64,000 nt of DNA from Raillietiella orientalis (Eukaryota): positions 1-64,000 of the forward strand of contig JAYWIR010000032.1 of the NCBI GenBank assembly GCA_036172245.1, in the 5' to 3' direction. The notes under the pieces are model-generated. The model did not search any database. It saw nothing but the letters and a program-made list of their open reading frames with translations, and was not told the origin of the DNA. Made by a program: the position numbers and the translations under genes. This document shows, piece after piece, positions 13,939 through 23,742 of the stretch. How positions within the stretch are numbered: the stretch's first letter is position 1; the number at the start of each line of letters is the position of its first letter.

Positions 13939-14203
13939 CCCAACCGACGACTGAACAAGAATGAAGAGAATATTGCTGGCACGCAGGCCAGAGTAACAGT
14001 TTTGCGAACGGTGTGAGGGGGCGGGAAACACAAAGAAACCAAAATAAAATAAAAACAATGAATAAGGAGGACGGGATAAGGGTCTTTGGGATCGCTCTGG
14101 AAGACACGGGGATAAAAGCATGGGCACCGGAAATTTTACCGAGCGAACGGGGACGGGGTATGGGTGGGCGAGAGGTCGCAGGGGTCACCGGATTACGCCG
14201 TTC

Positions 14204-17200
14204 TCAAAGGTGTGTAAACCGGCGATGTATGCCGGTGATGTCCTCATTCACCTTGTCACGAAGATGAGACCACCTTGAAGCCTTCTCCATGAATTGAGCT
14301 GCAAGCAGGTGAGCCTCCCTTCGCTGCGATGACAACTCCAGGGCGTAGCGGGCCTTCACGATGGCGCGAACGCAACACATGGTTGCGACAATCGCGCCAA
14401 CCGAAAGTCTATTTCTGCTGAAGAAGCGCCGCAGCACATCAATGGCAGTGCCTCCTTGTGGCATGATGGCCGAAGTGAGCCTTCGCCACAGTTCCCGGAG
14501 GTCACCGCAGTCCAACAAAAGGTGCGGAAAAGACTCGATCTCTCCGCACCTTAAACAGTTTGGCAAAGCAGCTCCCCCGGAAACGATGCTTCGCTGCCTA
14601 TTACAGTGAAATGCACAATGTAAAAAGAGGAGCACATCTTGTTTCCACTTAAGGGGGAACACGGAGCTGTCCAAACAAACGGGGGGAACCACTATCTCTC
14701 CGGGGGGCACACTTAAATGTTCGCTCCACAGAAGCAGTCCCTTCGCCCGATTCCGAGGTGTGGCGGCTTGCACCAGCTCCTTTGTCGTCCAGCTGCCGAG
14801 GAGCTTACTGACTCCCGCTATTTTGCAGGAGAACTCCCATTCCGCCGGTAGGCAACCGTCGTTGCTTGCCCTGAGGGCAGACAGCGCTACGGCGAGTGGT
14901 GTGGCGGCCAGACGATCCGACCACTTCTTGTCCTGCATGACTTCGTCCATTTGATGACTGAGGAGAAGTCGCAGGCGTCGAAGATCTTCCGGGCGCGTTC
15001 CTTCGGAAGCTGCCCACGATGAAAAAGATTCCTGCCGCCATGCATTAATGTTCATGGGGCGGCAGGAGATCCAGCTGTGGGCTTCCAGCAGTGAGGACAG
15101 CTGCCTCAGCGGGAAGCCAAACCCTATTCTGGTGTGCCGAAAGTGGGGTAGCAACGAAAGCAGTCCCTCGCTTCCCGTGCAGCGCCTCAGTATAAGGCGT
15201 GCGGGTAAGCACCACGGCGTACACCACAGCTTGGCACAGAGCCGCAGCATGCGAAACTGCACCTGCAGTTCGATGCTGTTTAAGTCGAGGATGCCCAAGC
15301 CTGCATCCTGACGCGGCGCCACCAAGTCTTTAAGTCTAACACGGGATCTTGCAGCGCCCCACAACGCTTTGCGTAGAAGGCGCTGCGCCCAGACTTTGAC
15401 TTCCTGGGGGGGTGGACAAACAAAAAACAGGGGGCGGAGGAGGGGGGCAACGAAGGTGTTCCAGATGCAGGCCCGTTCCGGCAAGACGAACTCGCCTCCT
15501 GAAAACGGGCTAAGTGCACGCTCTGCCTTCCGAAGGCAGTCCGACCACGCTTCTGAGACGCAGAAGTCGCCCAACGGCACGCCAAGGTACCTGAGGTACC
15601 TGCCCGTGGGGATCTGCAGGTCGATCCAGTCGGACTGCCCCTCCCACGTCGCACCAACCGGAACAACCATACACTTACTCCTGTTAACGCTCACGCCCGC
15701 ACCACGACGGATAAACTCGAAGAAATCTTCAAGCGACGCTGTCGGGGTGGACATGGGCAACAGGAGAAGCAGGTCGTCGGCATAGGCTGCTACGGCGGGC
15801 GTACCTGGACAGGAGCTCGGCAGGTTGGCTAGCGTCAGCCTGTAAGCCTCCAGCACCAATTCAAAATAGATGCTGAAGAGCAGCGGGCTTAAGCTGTCAC
15901 CCTGCCTAATTCCTCGTCGTACCGGCACGCCGTACACGCGACAGCCACTGAAAACAATGGATGTAATCGCGTGGCGCCAGCAGGAGCGCAAGTACGCCAA
16001 CAGGGATGCCGGAAGACCCAGACGTTCCAAAAGCTCAAGAAGAAGCTTTTGGTTCACGCAATCGAAAGCTTTGTGCAGATCGACTGCAACCGCCAAGGCC
16101 CCAGGTGTCTCCCTTTGCGTCCCGCGCCTCCGTCGGTGAGAGATCGAAGGCGTCGCTTCCGCACGACGATCCACCGCCACACGATGCTGCAATTGCAGCC
16201 ATGTGCGGATGAACAAGAGATTCGCGTCCATGGACCGCCCAGGAACAGCGTACGTCTGCTCCGGACTTACCAAGGATTCCGCGATCCTACCCATCCGCGC
16301 CACACAAAGTTTCGAGAACAACTTGACGTCCGAATTCACTAATGTGATCGGACGCCAGTTGTTCAGTTGGCGCAAATCTCCGCCTTTCGGCAGTAGACGC
16401 ACCTTCGCTGAGCGAAACGAGGCGGGGACATCGCGCGAGTCTCGCATCAGCGACGAGAGCTGGAGCACCCGAGGGATGAGCTCCGCCGCAAAACACTGAA
16501 AGAATTCCGCGGGGAGCCCATCTTCGCCTGGCGCTTTTCGTCTCTTGAGCCCCGAGATGGCCGAGGAAATTTCCTCTGCCGTGAAGGGCTCATCAAGACG
16601 CGCGCGTTCCTCCTCGTCTACAACAGGTGCATCAATCGGCAGAAGCAGCCGGGAGAGGCTGCGTTCCGTCGGTGCCTCTGCATAAAGAGAAGAGTAATAG
16701 CGCCTGACTATCCGTCGCACGTCGGCTGGAGCCGAGTATTCCCGGTCCTGGTCGTCGAGCAGAACTGTCGCCCCTGACTGCCAGACCTGGCGCTCGGCCT
16801 TGGCCTTGTACTCGGATAATCGACCAACGTCCGCGCGCCTGGAGTAGGAGCGGGCCTGCAGAAAATCTCTGCTGTTGGCTACGCCCTCTCCGACGCCGCG
16901 CGGAAGCTGGTGCAAGGGAAACCGGCAGCAGAACTCGCGGACCGATCTTTTCAGATCGTCCCAGTCCTCGAGCTCACTTATGGCAAAGCCGAGGAGGTAC
17001 TGGCGAAGATGCTCAGCCGCCTCCGGGTGGCTTAGCCAGTCTGCCGGCATCCTCCAAAAACAGTTTGGAGGCCCCTTGCCTGGCGGGAGCAACTCGCACT
17101 CGAGCCTGTTGTGGTCTGAAAGCACGGACGGCACGGGACCTCTCCGACCCACTCGACAGAGCAAGTGTTCATCAAGGTATACGTGGTCCGGCGTTGCTGC

Positions 17201-17779
17201 CATAACAGGGTCGCTAGCGAACAAGTTGCACGCGTGCACGGACGCGCACATCTCTTCCGCTAGCAACTTTTCCCTTTTGTGGGATCTATTCTCGGAAAGC
17301 AGGTGGACGTTAAAGTCCCCCGCAATGAGATGGGCCACAGTAGGGTGAGATCGAGTGAGCCACTGGCCTTGAAGGGTACCGAAGAACTCAATCCTTTCGG
17401 CCCATCGTCCAGCACCGCTAGGCGCGTACACGTTGGTTACGACAAGGTCGATCGAGTCGGACCACTTGAGTACAAGCTGTCCCACTCGGCCTTCCGTGTC
17501 GAAACGAACGCTGCGCACCGCTCCCGCCAAAGTTCCTCGCACGAGGAAAGCGACGCCGCACGTACGTGCAACGCCGCACCTATAAAGTAGCGTTCCGCCC
17601 GCGCGCCGTTCGATTTCGGCAGCCTGCTCTCCGGAGATGCTGTGAATCTCCTGCAGGAGCGTCAAGTCGAAGGCGCGCAGAGCGTCAGCCACTAGTCGCC
17701 TCTTCTCCTCGTGTTGGAGCCCGTTGACGTTCCAAGACGTTACGGCAACACGACGAGAAGACGCGATTGCCCTCCTCAC
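14204..17779 (-). CDS. E1 ORF2: APE endonuclease, reverse transcriptase and C-terminal Cys/His finger (1191 aa, uninterrupted; GTG start)
   Basis: WNVNG, LLQE, NVYAP, AGDFN, SDH; KAPGEDG, NWRPITL, DLHKAFD, QGDSLSP, YADD, YLG; CLRC...E...H...C. Confidence 0.95.
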   Translation of the reverse strand: MRRAIASSRRVAVTSWNVNGLQHEEKRRLVADALRAFDLTLLQEIHSISGEQAAEIERRAGGTLLYRCGVARTCGVAFLVRGTLAGAVRSVRFDTEGRVGQLVLKWSDSIDLVVTNVYAPSGAGRWAERIEFFGTLQGQWLTRSHPTVAHLIAGDFNVHLLSENRSHKREKLLAEEMCASVHACNLFASDPVMAATPDHVYLDEHLLCRVGRRGPVPSVLSDHNRLECELLPPGKGPPNCFWRMPADWLSHPEAAEHLRQYLLGFAISELEDWDDLKRSVREFCCRFPLHQLPRGVGEGVANSRDFLQARSYSRRADVGRLSEYKAKAERQVWQSGATVLLDDQDREYSAPADVRRIVRRYYSSLYAEAPTERSLSRLLLPIDAPVVDEEERARLDEPFTAEEISSAISGLKRRKAPGEDGLPAEFFQCFAAELIPRVLQLSSLMRDSRDVPASFRSAKVRLLPKGGDLRQLNNWRPITLVNSDVKLFSKLCVARMGRIAESLVSPEQTYAVPGRSMDANLLFIRTWLQLQHRVAVDRRAEATPSISHRRRRGTQRETPGALAVAVDLHKAFDCVNQKLLLELLERLGLPASLLAYLRSCWRHAITSIVFSGCRVYGVPVRRGIRQGDSLSPLLFSIYFELVLEAYRLTLANLPSSCPGTPAVAAYADDLLLLLPMSTPTASLEDFFEFIRRGAGVSVNRSKCMVVPVGATWEGQSDWIDLQIPTGRYLRYLGVPLGDFCVSEAWSDCLRKAERALSPFSGGEFVLPERACIWNTFVAPLLRPLFFVCPPPQEVKVWAQRLLRKALWGAARSRVRLKDLVAPRQDAGLGILDLNSIELQVQFRMLRLCAKLWCTPWCLPARLILRRCTGSEGLLSLLPHFRHTRIGFGFPLRQLSSLLEAHSWISCRPMNINAWRQESFSSWAASEGTRPEDLRRLRLLLSHQMDEVMQDKKWSDRLAATPLAVALSALRASNDGCLPAEWEFSCKIAGVSKLLGSWTTKELVQAATPRNRAKGLLLWSEHLSVPPGEIVVPPVCLDSSVFPLKWKQDVLLFLHCAFHCNRQRSIVSGGAALPNCLRCGEIESFPHLLLDCGDLRELWRRLTSAIMPQGGTAIDVLRRFFSRNRLSVGAIVATMCCVRAIVKARYALELSSQRREAHLLAAQFMEKASRWSHLRDKVNEDITGIHRRFTHL

Positions 17780-19680
17780 GGCTGGGAAAGCGAGGCCGTG
17801 GTGCTCGCCTCACCCGGCGAGCGGGCAGTAAGCAGCACGACGGGCTGGAGGGCGCGGTCGCCACCGGCCTCAACTGTGCTGCACGTAATCGGGTGCTCCT
17901 CCCCGGGTGCAGAACCTGTGGGTTCCGGGGTGAGCACTCGCCGTTCCGCGGCGAGTGTGTCACGCCTCAGGGCTTCAGCCCCGCGGGCGCTCGCTCCCGC
18001 GCGAGTTACGCGTCGTTCAGCTGCGTTATCGGACTCCTTTGCGAAGTCTGATGCTCGCACGATCGACGTGCGCTTGCATCCGTCCGATTGCACCGGAATG
18101 GTCTTCTCGGCGGTCACAGAAGCGGACTTGCACGCGTTGAAGGCGTTGGCTTTTTCCTTGGACGAGTCACAAGCCGCGCGTGTTTTCGTATTCGCGCGAC
18201 TGCTTTTTCCTTTGGAAGAGCTCAGGGATGGAGGTTGCGGAGCTTTCTTTGGAGATTTTTCTTTCCTCCTCTCCACAACCTTCCATTCGCCTTCGCTATT
18301 TTCGGAAGCTTCCGCGACAGTAGTTGCGGAAACCTCCGGGATTTTCGCTGCGTTCTCTGGGGGCGTTGCTTTCGCTACGCCTTTAAAAGGCGGCAACGGA
18401 GTCACCTTCTTGACAGTCGGGAGATTGCTCCTCTCCTGCCGAGTCGGCGATGGGGCGACTGCATGCAGCGTGCTTTTGCTCGTTGCGACGCTGCTTTTTA
18501 CGGCTTTCGTAGCCTTTGCAGTGGGGCCTGCGCTGCAGTGGGGCTGTCCGGAACTCGGAAGGGACAACGGAACGGGGCAAGAAGTCTTCGCACTGTTGCG
18601 ATCTTCCTGTTTTCCTACCTTTCCCTCCAGGGTGTTACAGAGATTTCCTGGTTCCAGGTTCGGAAAGGTGCCTGCGAGTTCGGCAGAGAGGGAAGGCACG
18701 GCACGTGTCAAACCCTCGCGCCCCTTTTTAATTGGCTTCCCCGCCGTGACTTTCCCCTTTCGGGGCGTTGCGGGCGGGGATGCTTTCTTTTTATCCGCGG
18801 ATCGCTCGTGGTTTTTTTCGAGTTTTTGCGGACGACGTTTTTTATTTGCCGCTGCGGCTTTTCGTGCAGTGGTCTCTTGAACCCGACGAATTTCCGCTGC
18901 GGCTCTTTTTCTTGCAAGTACCGGGCACTTCTTGATTTTGTGCCCGGAATCTTTGCAATAGCGGCATCTTGGAGAGGGGCACTCTTTAATTCGGTGCCCA
19001 TCCTTGCCGCACTGCTCGCACGCGCGAGTCTGGCCTATGAACCACAGGTGAACGACCGTGCCGTTCACCTGCAGCTGCTCAGGCACAACACGCCTGTTCG
19101 CGACGGTGATCCGCGCGGAGGCTTGTCCAATGTGGACAGAGGGGAAATCCTTTAGAGGATTTGGCCTCCTCCACAGAGCGTGCACGGTGGCGAACTTCGC
19201 CAGCACACTTACGACATCGCGGTCGGAGATTTCCGGTTCGATGTCGCACAATTGAACGACAAAAGAGTCGTCCATCGCGGTAGGTAGGACTTCCTTGCCA
19301 TTGATGGTCAACGGCGTACGGAGAAGGCGCTGCACAAGTGCTGCGTTCTTGCACCGAATCTTCGTATATTCCATCCTGCCAGCAGGCATTATGGCAAGGA
19401 GTTCCTCCTCGCGAACGCCGATCCGGACGAGCTCCTCATTGAGCTCACGACGGATTTACTTGTTAAGGGGCCAACTGACCTTATGACGGAGTGCTGGCAT
19501 GTATCCTGATGACACATACGCCTGGAACTCCGCATCGCAGGGTCCTGGTCTTTGGGAGGTAACTGCGGCGTAACTCCTCACCGGGGGCGAGGAAACCATT
19601 ACGGAGGATGCGGCCGCTTCAAGTGCAGCTGAAGTGCATCCAGTGGCTTGCTACTCCACACAATCCTGTGTACTGGCCAT
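17776..19680 (-). pseudogene. E1 ORF1 (gag-like nucleic-acid-binding protein with two CCHC knuckles), one in-frame TAA at 19456-19458
   Basis: ATG at 19680 is homologous to the E2 ATG at 25646; knuckles CEQCGKDGHRIKEC and CRYCKDSGHKIKKC; open from 19455 to 17776. Confidence 0.85.
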
Positions 19681-19786
19681 GTTGCACTATGCTACTTGGC
19701 AGATTGCACAGGAACTTACAATTGCGAGCAAAGACGCAGGCACAAAGTTGCCCGATCGTTGGCGCGGATAGATGCGGAAACACATC

Positions 19787-19809
19787 TGCACTGTACGAGC
19801 GCAAGAGAT
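19787..19809 (+). repeat. Target-site duplication, left copy (TGCACTGTACGAGCGCAAGAGAT), lying between E1 and E2
   Basis: Direct repeat of 25753-25775 (21/23 identical). It is derived from the APE coding sequence of element H. Confidence 0.88.
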
Positions 19810-20163
19810 TTCTCACCCGGTCACGCCGGGGCGTTTATTCCATATAACATAAGCAAAAAACAGCAATTATACAAAATAAACCAGTTGGAAACCAAACTCT
19901 CAACCGACGACTGAACAAGAATGAAGAAAATATTGCTGGCACGCAGGCCAGAGTAACAGTTTCGTGAACGGTGTGGGGGGGCGGGGACCACAAAGAAACC
20001 AAAATAAAATAAAAACAATGAATAAGGAGGACGGGATAAGGGTCTTTGGGATCGCTCTGGAAGACACGGGGATAAAAGCATGGGCACCGGAAATTTTACC
20101 GAGCGAACGGGGACGGGGTATGGGTGGGGAAGAGGTCGCAGGGGTCACCGGATTACGCCGTTC

Positions 20164-23100
20164 TCAAAGGTCTGTATAAATGCGATGTATGCCGGTGATG
20201 TCCTCATTCCCCTTGTCACGAAGATGAGACCACCTTGATGCCTTCTCCATGAATTGAGCTGCAAGCAGGTGAGCAACCCTTCGCTGCGCTGACAACTCCA
20301 GGGCGTATCGGGCCTTCACGGTGGCGCGAACGGAACACATGGTTGCGACGATCGCGCCAACCGAAAGTCCATTTTTGCTGAAGAAGCGCCGCAGCACATC
20401 AATAGCAGTGCCTCCTTGTGGCATGATGGCCGAAGTGAGCCTACGCCACAGTTCCCGGAGGTCACCGCAGTCAAGCAAAAGGTGCGGAAAAGACTCGATC
20501 TCTCCGGCACGGCAAAGCAGACCCAATAAACCAGCTCCCCGGGAAACGATGCTTCGCTGCCTATTACAGTGAAATGCACAATGTAAAAAGAGCAGCACAT
20601 CTTGTTTCCACTTAAGGGGGAACACGGAGCTGTCCAAACAAACTGGGGGAACCACTATCTCTCCGGGGGGCACACTTAAATGTTCGCTCCACCGAAGCAG
20701 TCCCTTCGCCCGATTCCGAGGTGTGGCGGCTTGCACCAGCTCCTTTGTCGTCCAGCTGCCGAGGAGCTGACTGACTCCCGCTATTTTGCAGGAGAACTCC
20801 CATTCCGCCGGTAGGCAACCGTCGTTGCTTGCCCTGAGGGCAGACAGCGCTACGGCGAGTGGTGTGGCGGCCAGACGATCCGACAACTTCTTGTCCTGCA
20901 TGACTTCGTCCATTTGATGACTGAGGAGAAGTCGCAGGCGTCGAAGATCTTCCGTGCGCGTTCCTTCGGAACCTGCCCACGATGAAAAAGATTCCTGCCG
21001 CCATGCATTAATGTTCATGGGGCGGCAGGAGATCCAGCTTTGGGCTTCCAGCAGAGAGGACAGCTGCCTCAGCGGGAAGCCAAACCCTATTCTGGTGTGC
21101 CGAAAGTGGGGTAGCAACGAAAGCAGTCCCTTGCTTCCCGTGCAGCGCCTCAGTATAAGGCGTGCGGGTAAGCACCACGGCGTACACCATAGCTTGGCAC
21201 GGAGCCGCAGCATGCGGAACTGCACCTGCAGTTCGATGCTGTTTAAGTCGAGGATGCCCAAGCCTGCATCCTGACGCGCCGCTACCAAGTCTTTTAGTCT
21301 AACACGGGATCTTGCAGCGCCCCACAACGCTTTGCGTAGAAGGCGCTGCGCCCAGACTTTGACTTCCTGGGGGGGTGGACAAACAAAAAACAGGGGGCGG
21401 AGGAGGGGGGCAACGAAGGTGTTCCAGATGCAGGCCCGTTCCGGCACGACGAACTCGCCTCCTGAAAACGGGCTAAGTGCACGCTCTGCCTTCCGAAGGC
21501 AGTCCGACCACGCTTCTGAGACGCAGAAGTCGCCCAACGGCACGCCAAGGTACCTGAGGTACCTGCCCGTGGGGATCCCCAGGTCGATCCAGTCGGACTG
21601 CCCCTTCCACGTCGCACCAACCGGAACAACCATACACTTACTCCTGTTAACGCTCACGCCCGCACCACGACGGATCAACTCAAAGAAATCTTCAAGCGAC
21701 GCTGTCGGGGTGGACATGGGCAACAGGAGAAGCAGGTCGTCGGCATAGGCTGCCACGGCGGGCGTACCTGGACAGGAGCTCGGCAGGTTGGCTAGCGTCA
21801 GACTGTAAGCCTCCAGCACCAATTCAAAATAGATGCTGAAGAGCAGCGGGCTTAAGCTGTCACCCTGCCTAATTCCTCGTCGTACCGGCACGCCGTACAC
21901 GCGACAGCAACTGAAAACAATGGATGTAATCGCGTGGAGCCAGCAGGAGCGCAAGTACGCCAACAGGGATGCCGGAAGACCCAGACGTTCCAAAAGCTCA
22001 AGAAGAAGCTTTCGGTTCACGCAATCGAAAGCTTTGTGCAAATCGACTGCAACCGCCAAGGCTCCCGGTGTCTCCCTTTGCGTCCCGCGCCTCCGTCGGT
22101 GAGAGATCGAAGGCGTCGCTTCCGCACGACGATCCACCGCCACACGATGCTGCAATTGCAGCCATGTGCGGATGAACAAGAGATTCGCGTCCATGGACCG
22201 CCCAGGAACAGCGTACGTCTGCTCCGGACTTACCAAGGATTCCGCGATCCTACCCATCCGCGCCACCCAAAGTTTCGAGAACAACTTGACGTCCGAATTC
22301 ACTAATGTGATCGGACGCCAGTTGTTCAGTTGGCACAAATCTCCGCCTTTCGGCAGTAGACGCACCTTCGCTGAGCGAAACGAGGCGGGGACATCGCCCG
22401 AGTCTCGCATCAGCGACGAGAGTTGGAGCACCAGGGGGATGAGCTCCGCCGTAAAACACTGAAAGAATTCCGCGGGGAGCCCATCTTCGCCTGGCGCTTG
22501 TCGTCTCTTGAGCCCCGAGATGGCCGAGGAAATTTCCTTTGCCGTGAAGGGCTCATCAAGACGCGCGCGTTCCTCTTCGTCTACAACAGGTGCATCAATC
22601 GACAGAAGCAGCTCGGAGAGGCTGCGTTCCGTCGGTGCCTCTGCATACAGAGAAGAGTAATATCTCCTGACTATCCGTCGCACGTCGGCTGGAGCCGAGC
22701 ATTCCCGGTCCTGGTCGTCGAGCAGAACTGTCGCCCCTGACTGCCAGACCTGGCGCTCGCCCTTGGCCTTGTACTCGGATAATCGACCAACGTCCGCGCG
22801 CCTTGAAAATAAGCGGGCCTGCAGAAAATCTCTGGTGTTGGCTACGCCCTCTCCGAAGCCGCGCGGAAGCTGGTGCAAGGGAAACCGGCAGCAGAACTCG
22901 CGGACCGATCTTTTCAGATCGTCCCAGTCCTCGAGCTCACTTATGGCAAAGCCGAGGAGGTACTGGCGAAGATGCTCAGCCGCCTCCGGGTGGCTTAGCC
23001 AGTCTGCCTGCATCCTCCAAAAACAGTTTGGAGGCCCCTTGCCTGGCGGGAGCAACTCGAACTCGAGCCTGTTGTGGTCTGAAAGCACGGACGGCACGGG

Positions 23101-23742
23101 ACCTCTCCGACCCACTCGACAGAGCAAGTGTTCATCAAGGTATACGTGGTCCGGCGTTGCTGCCATAACAGGGTCGCTAGCGAACAAGTTGCACGCGTGC
23201 GCAGACGCGCACATCTCTTCCGCTAGCAACTTTTCCCTTTTGTGGGATCTATTCTCGGAAAGCAGGTGGACGTTAAAGTCCCCCGCAATAAGATGCGGTA
23301 CAGTAGGGTGAGAACGAGTGAGCCACTGGCTCTGAACGGTACCGAAGAACTTAATCCTTGTGGCCCATCGTCCAGCACCGCTCGGCGCGTACACGTTGGT
23401 TACGACAAGGTCGATCGAGTCGGACCATTTGAGTACAAGCTGTCCCACTCGGCCTTCCGCGTCGAAACGAACGCTGCGCACCGCTCCCGCCAAAGTTCCT
23501 CTCACGAGGAAAGCGACGCCGCACGTACGTGCAACGCCGCACCTATAAAGTAGCGTTCCGCCCGCGCGCCGTTCGATTTCGGCAGCCTGCTCTCCGGAGA
23601 TGCTGTGAATCTCCTGCAGGAGCGTCAAGTCGAAGGCGCGCAGAGCGTCAGCAACTAGTCGCCTCTTCTCCTCGTGTTGGAGCCCGTTGACGTTCCAAGA
23701 CGTTACGGCAACACGACGAGAAGACGCGATTGCCCTCATCAC
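20164..23742 (-). CDS. E2 ORF2: APE endonuclease and reverse transcriptase (1192 aa, uninterrupted; probable ATG at 23739)
   Basis: All APE and RT motifs as in E1. The CxxC of the C-terminal finger is altered (LLCRAGE). Confidence 0.95.
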   Translation of the reverse strand: MMRAIASSRRVAVTSWNVNGLQHEEKRRLVADALRAFDLTLLQEIHSISGEQAAEIERRAGGTLLYRCGVARTCGVAFLVRGTLAGAVRSVRFDAEGRVGQLVLKWSDSIDLVVTNVYAPSGAGRWATRIKFFGTVQSQWLTRSHPTVPHLIAGDFNVHLLSENRSHKREKLLAEEMCASAHACNLFASDPVMAATPDHVYLDEHLLCRVGRRGPVPSVLSDHNRLEFELLPPGKGPPNCFWRMQADWLSHPEAAEHLRQYLLGFAISELEDWDDLKRSVREFCCRFPLHQLPRGFGEGVANTRDFLQARLFSRRADVGRLSEYKAKGERQVWQSGATVLLDDQDRECSAPADVRRIVRRYYSSLYAEAPTERSLSELLLSIDAPVVDEEERARLDEPFTAKEISSAISGLKRRQAPGEDGLPAEFFQCFTAELIPLVLQLSSLMRDSGDVPASFRSAKVRLLPKGGDLCQLNNWRPITLVNSDVKLFSKLWVARMGRIAESLVSPEQTYAVPGRSMDANLLFIRTWLQLQHRVAVDRRAEATPSISHRRRRGTQRETPGALAVAVDLHKAFDCVNRKLLLELLERLGLPASLLAYLRSCWLHAITSIVFSCCRVYGVPVRRGIRQGDSLSPLLFSIYFELVLEAYSLTLANLPSSCPGTPAVAAYADDLLLLLPMSTPTASLEDFFELIRRGAGVSVNRSKCMVVPVGATWKGQSDWIDLGIPTGRYLRYLGVPLGDFCVSEAWSDCLRKAERALSPFSGGEFVVPERACIWNTFVAPLLRPLFFVCPPPQEVKVWAQRLLRKALWGAARSRVRLKDLVAARQDAGLGILDLNSIELQVQFRMLRLRAKLWCTPWCLPARLILRRCTGSKGLLSLLPHFRHTRIGFGFPLRQLSSLLEAQSWISCRPMNINAWRQESFSSWAGSEGTRTEDLRRLRLLLSHQMDEVMQDKKLSDRLAATPLAVALSALRASNDGCLPAEWEFSCKIAGVSQLLGSWTTKELVQAATPRNRAKGLLRWSEHLSVPPGEIVVPPVCLDSSVFPLKWKQDVLLFLHCAFHCNRQRSIVSRGAGLLGLLCRAGEIESFPHLLLDCGDLRELWRRLTSAIMPQGGTAIDVLRRFFSKNGLSVGAIVATMCSVRATVKARYALELSAQRRVAHLLAAQFMEKASRWSHLRDKGNEDITGIHRIYTDL

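Larger units (their letters stand above)
13941..19786 (-). mobile_element. Element E1: near full-length Tx1-like retrotransposon; the last ~90 bp of its 3' end are deleted
   Basis: 5' UTR, ORF1, intact ORF2 and 3' UTR are collinear with E2. The sequence equivalent to 19810-19900 is missing at 13939. Confidence 0.95.

Noticed and set aside
14204..17779. Bacterial RT system (group II intron, retron, DGR, CRISPR-RT) suggested by YADD
   Set aside because: The N-terminal APE domain, CCHC-knuckle ORF1, TSDs and AATAAA ends identify eukaryotic non-LTR retrotransposons. No bacterial genes or CRISPR repeats are seen.
17780..17792. TTTCCCA as a -1 ribosomal frameshift heptamer joining ORF1 and ORF2
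   Set aside because: It is not in the X_XXY_YYZ phase relative to ORF1 (CTT TCC CAG), and most copies have a stop/start overlap instead.
19781..19786. Extending the E2 TSD to 29 bp by including CACRTC
   Set aside because: CACGTC is the reverse complement of the conserved element 5' terminus GACGTG also seen in Q, W and X, so it belongs to the element.
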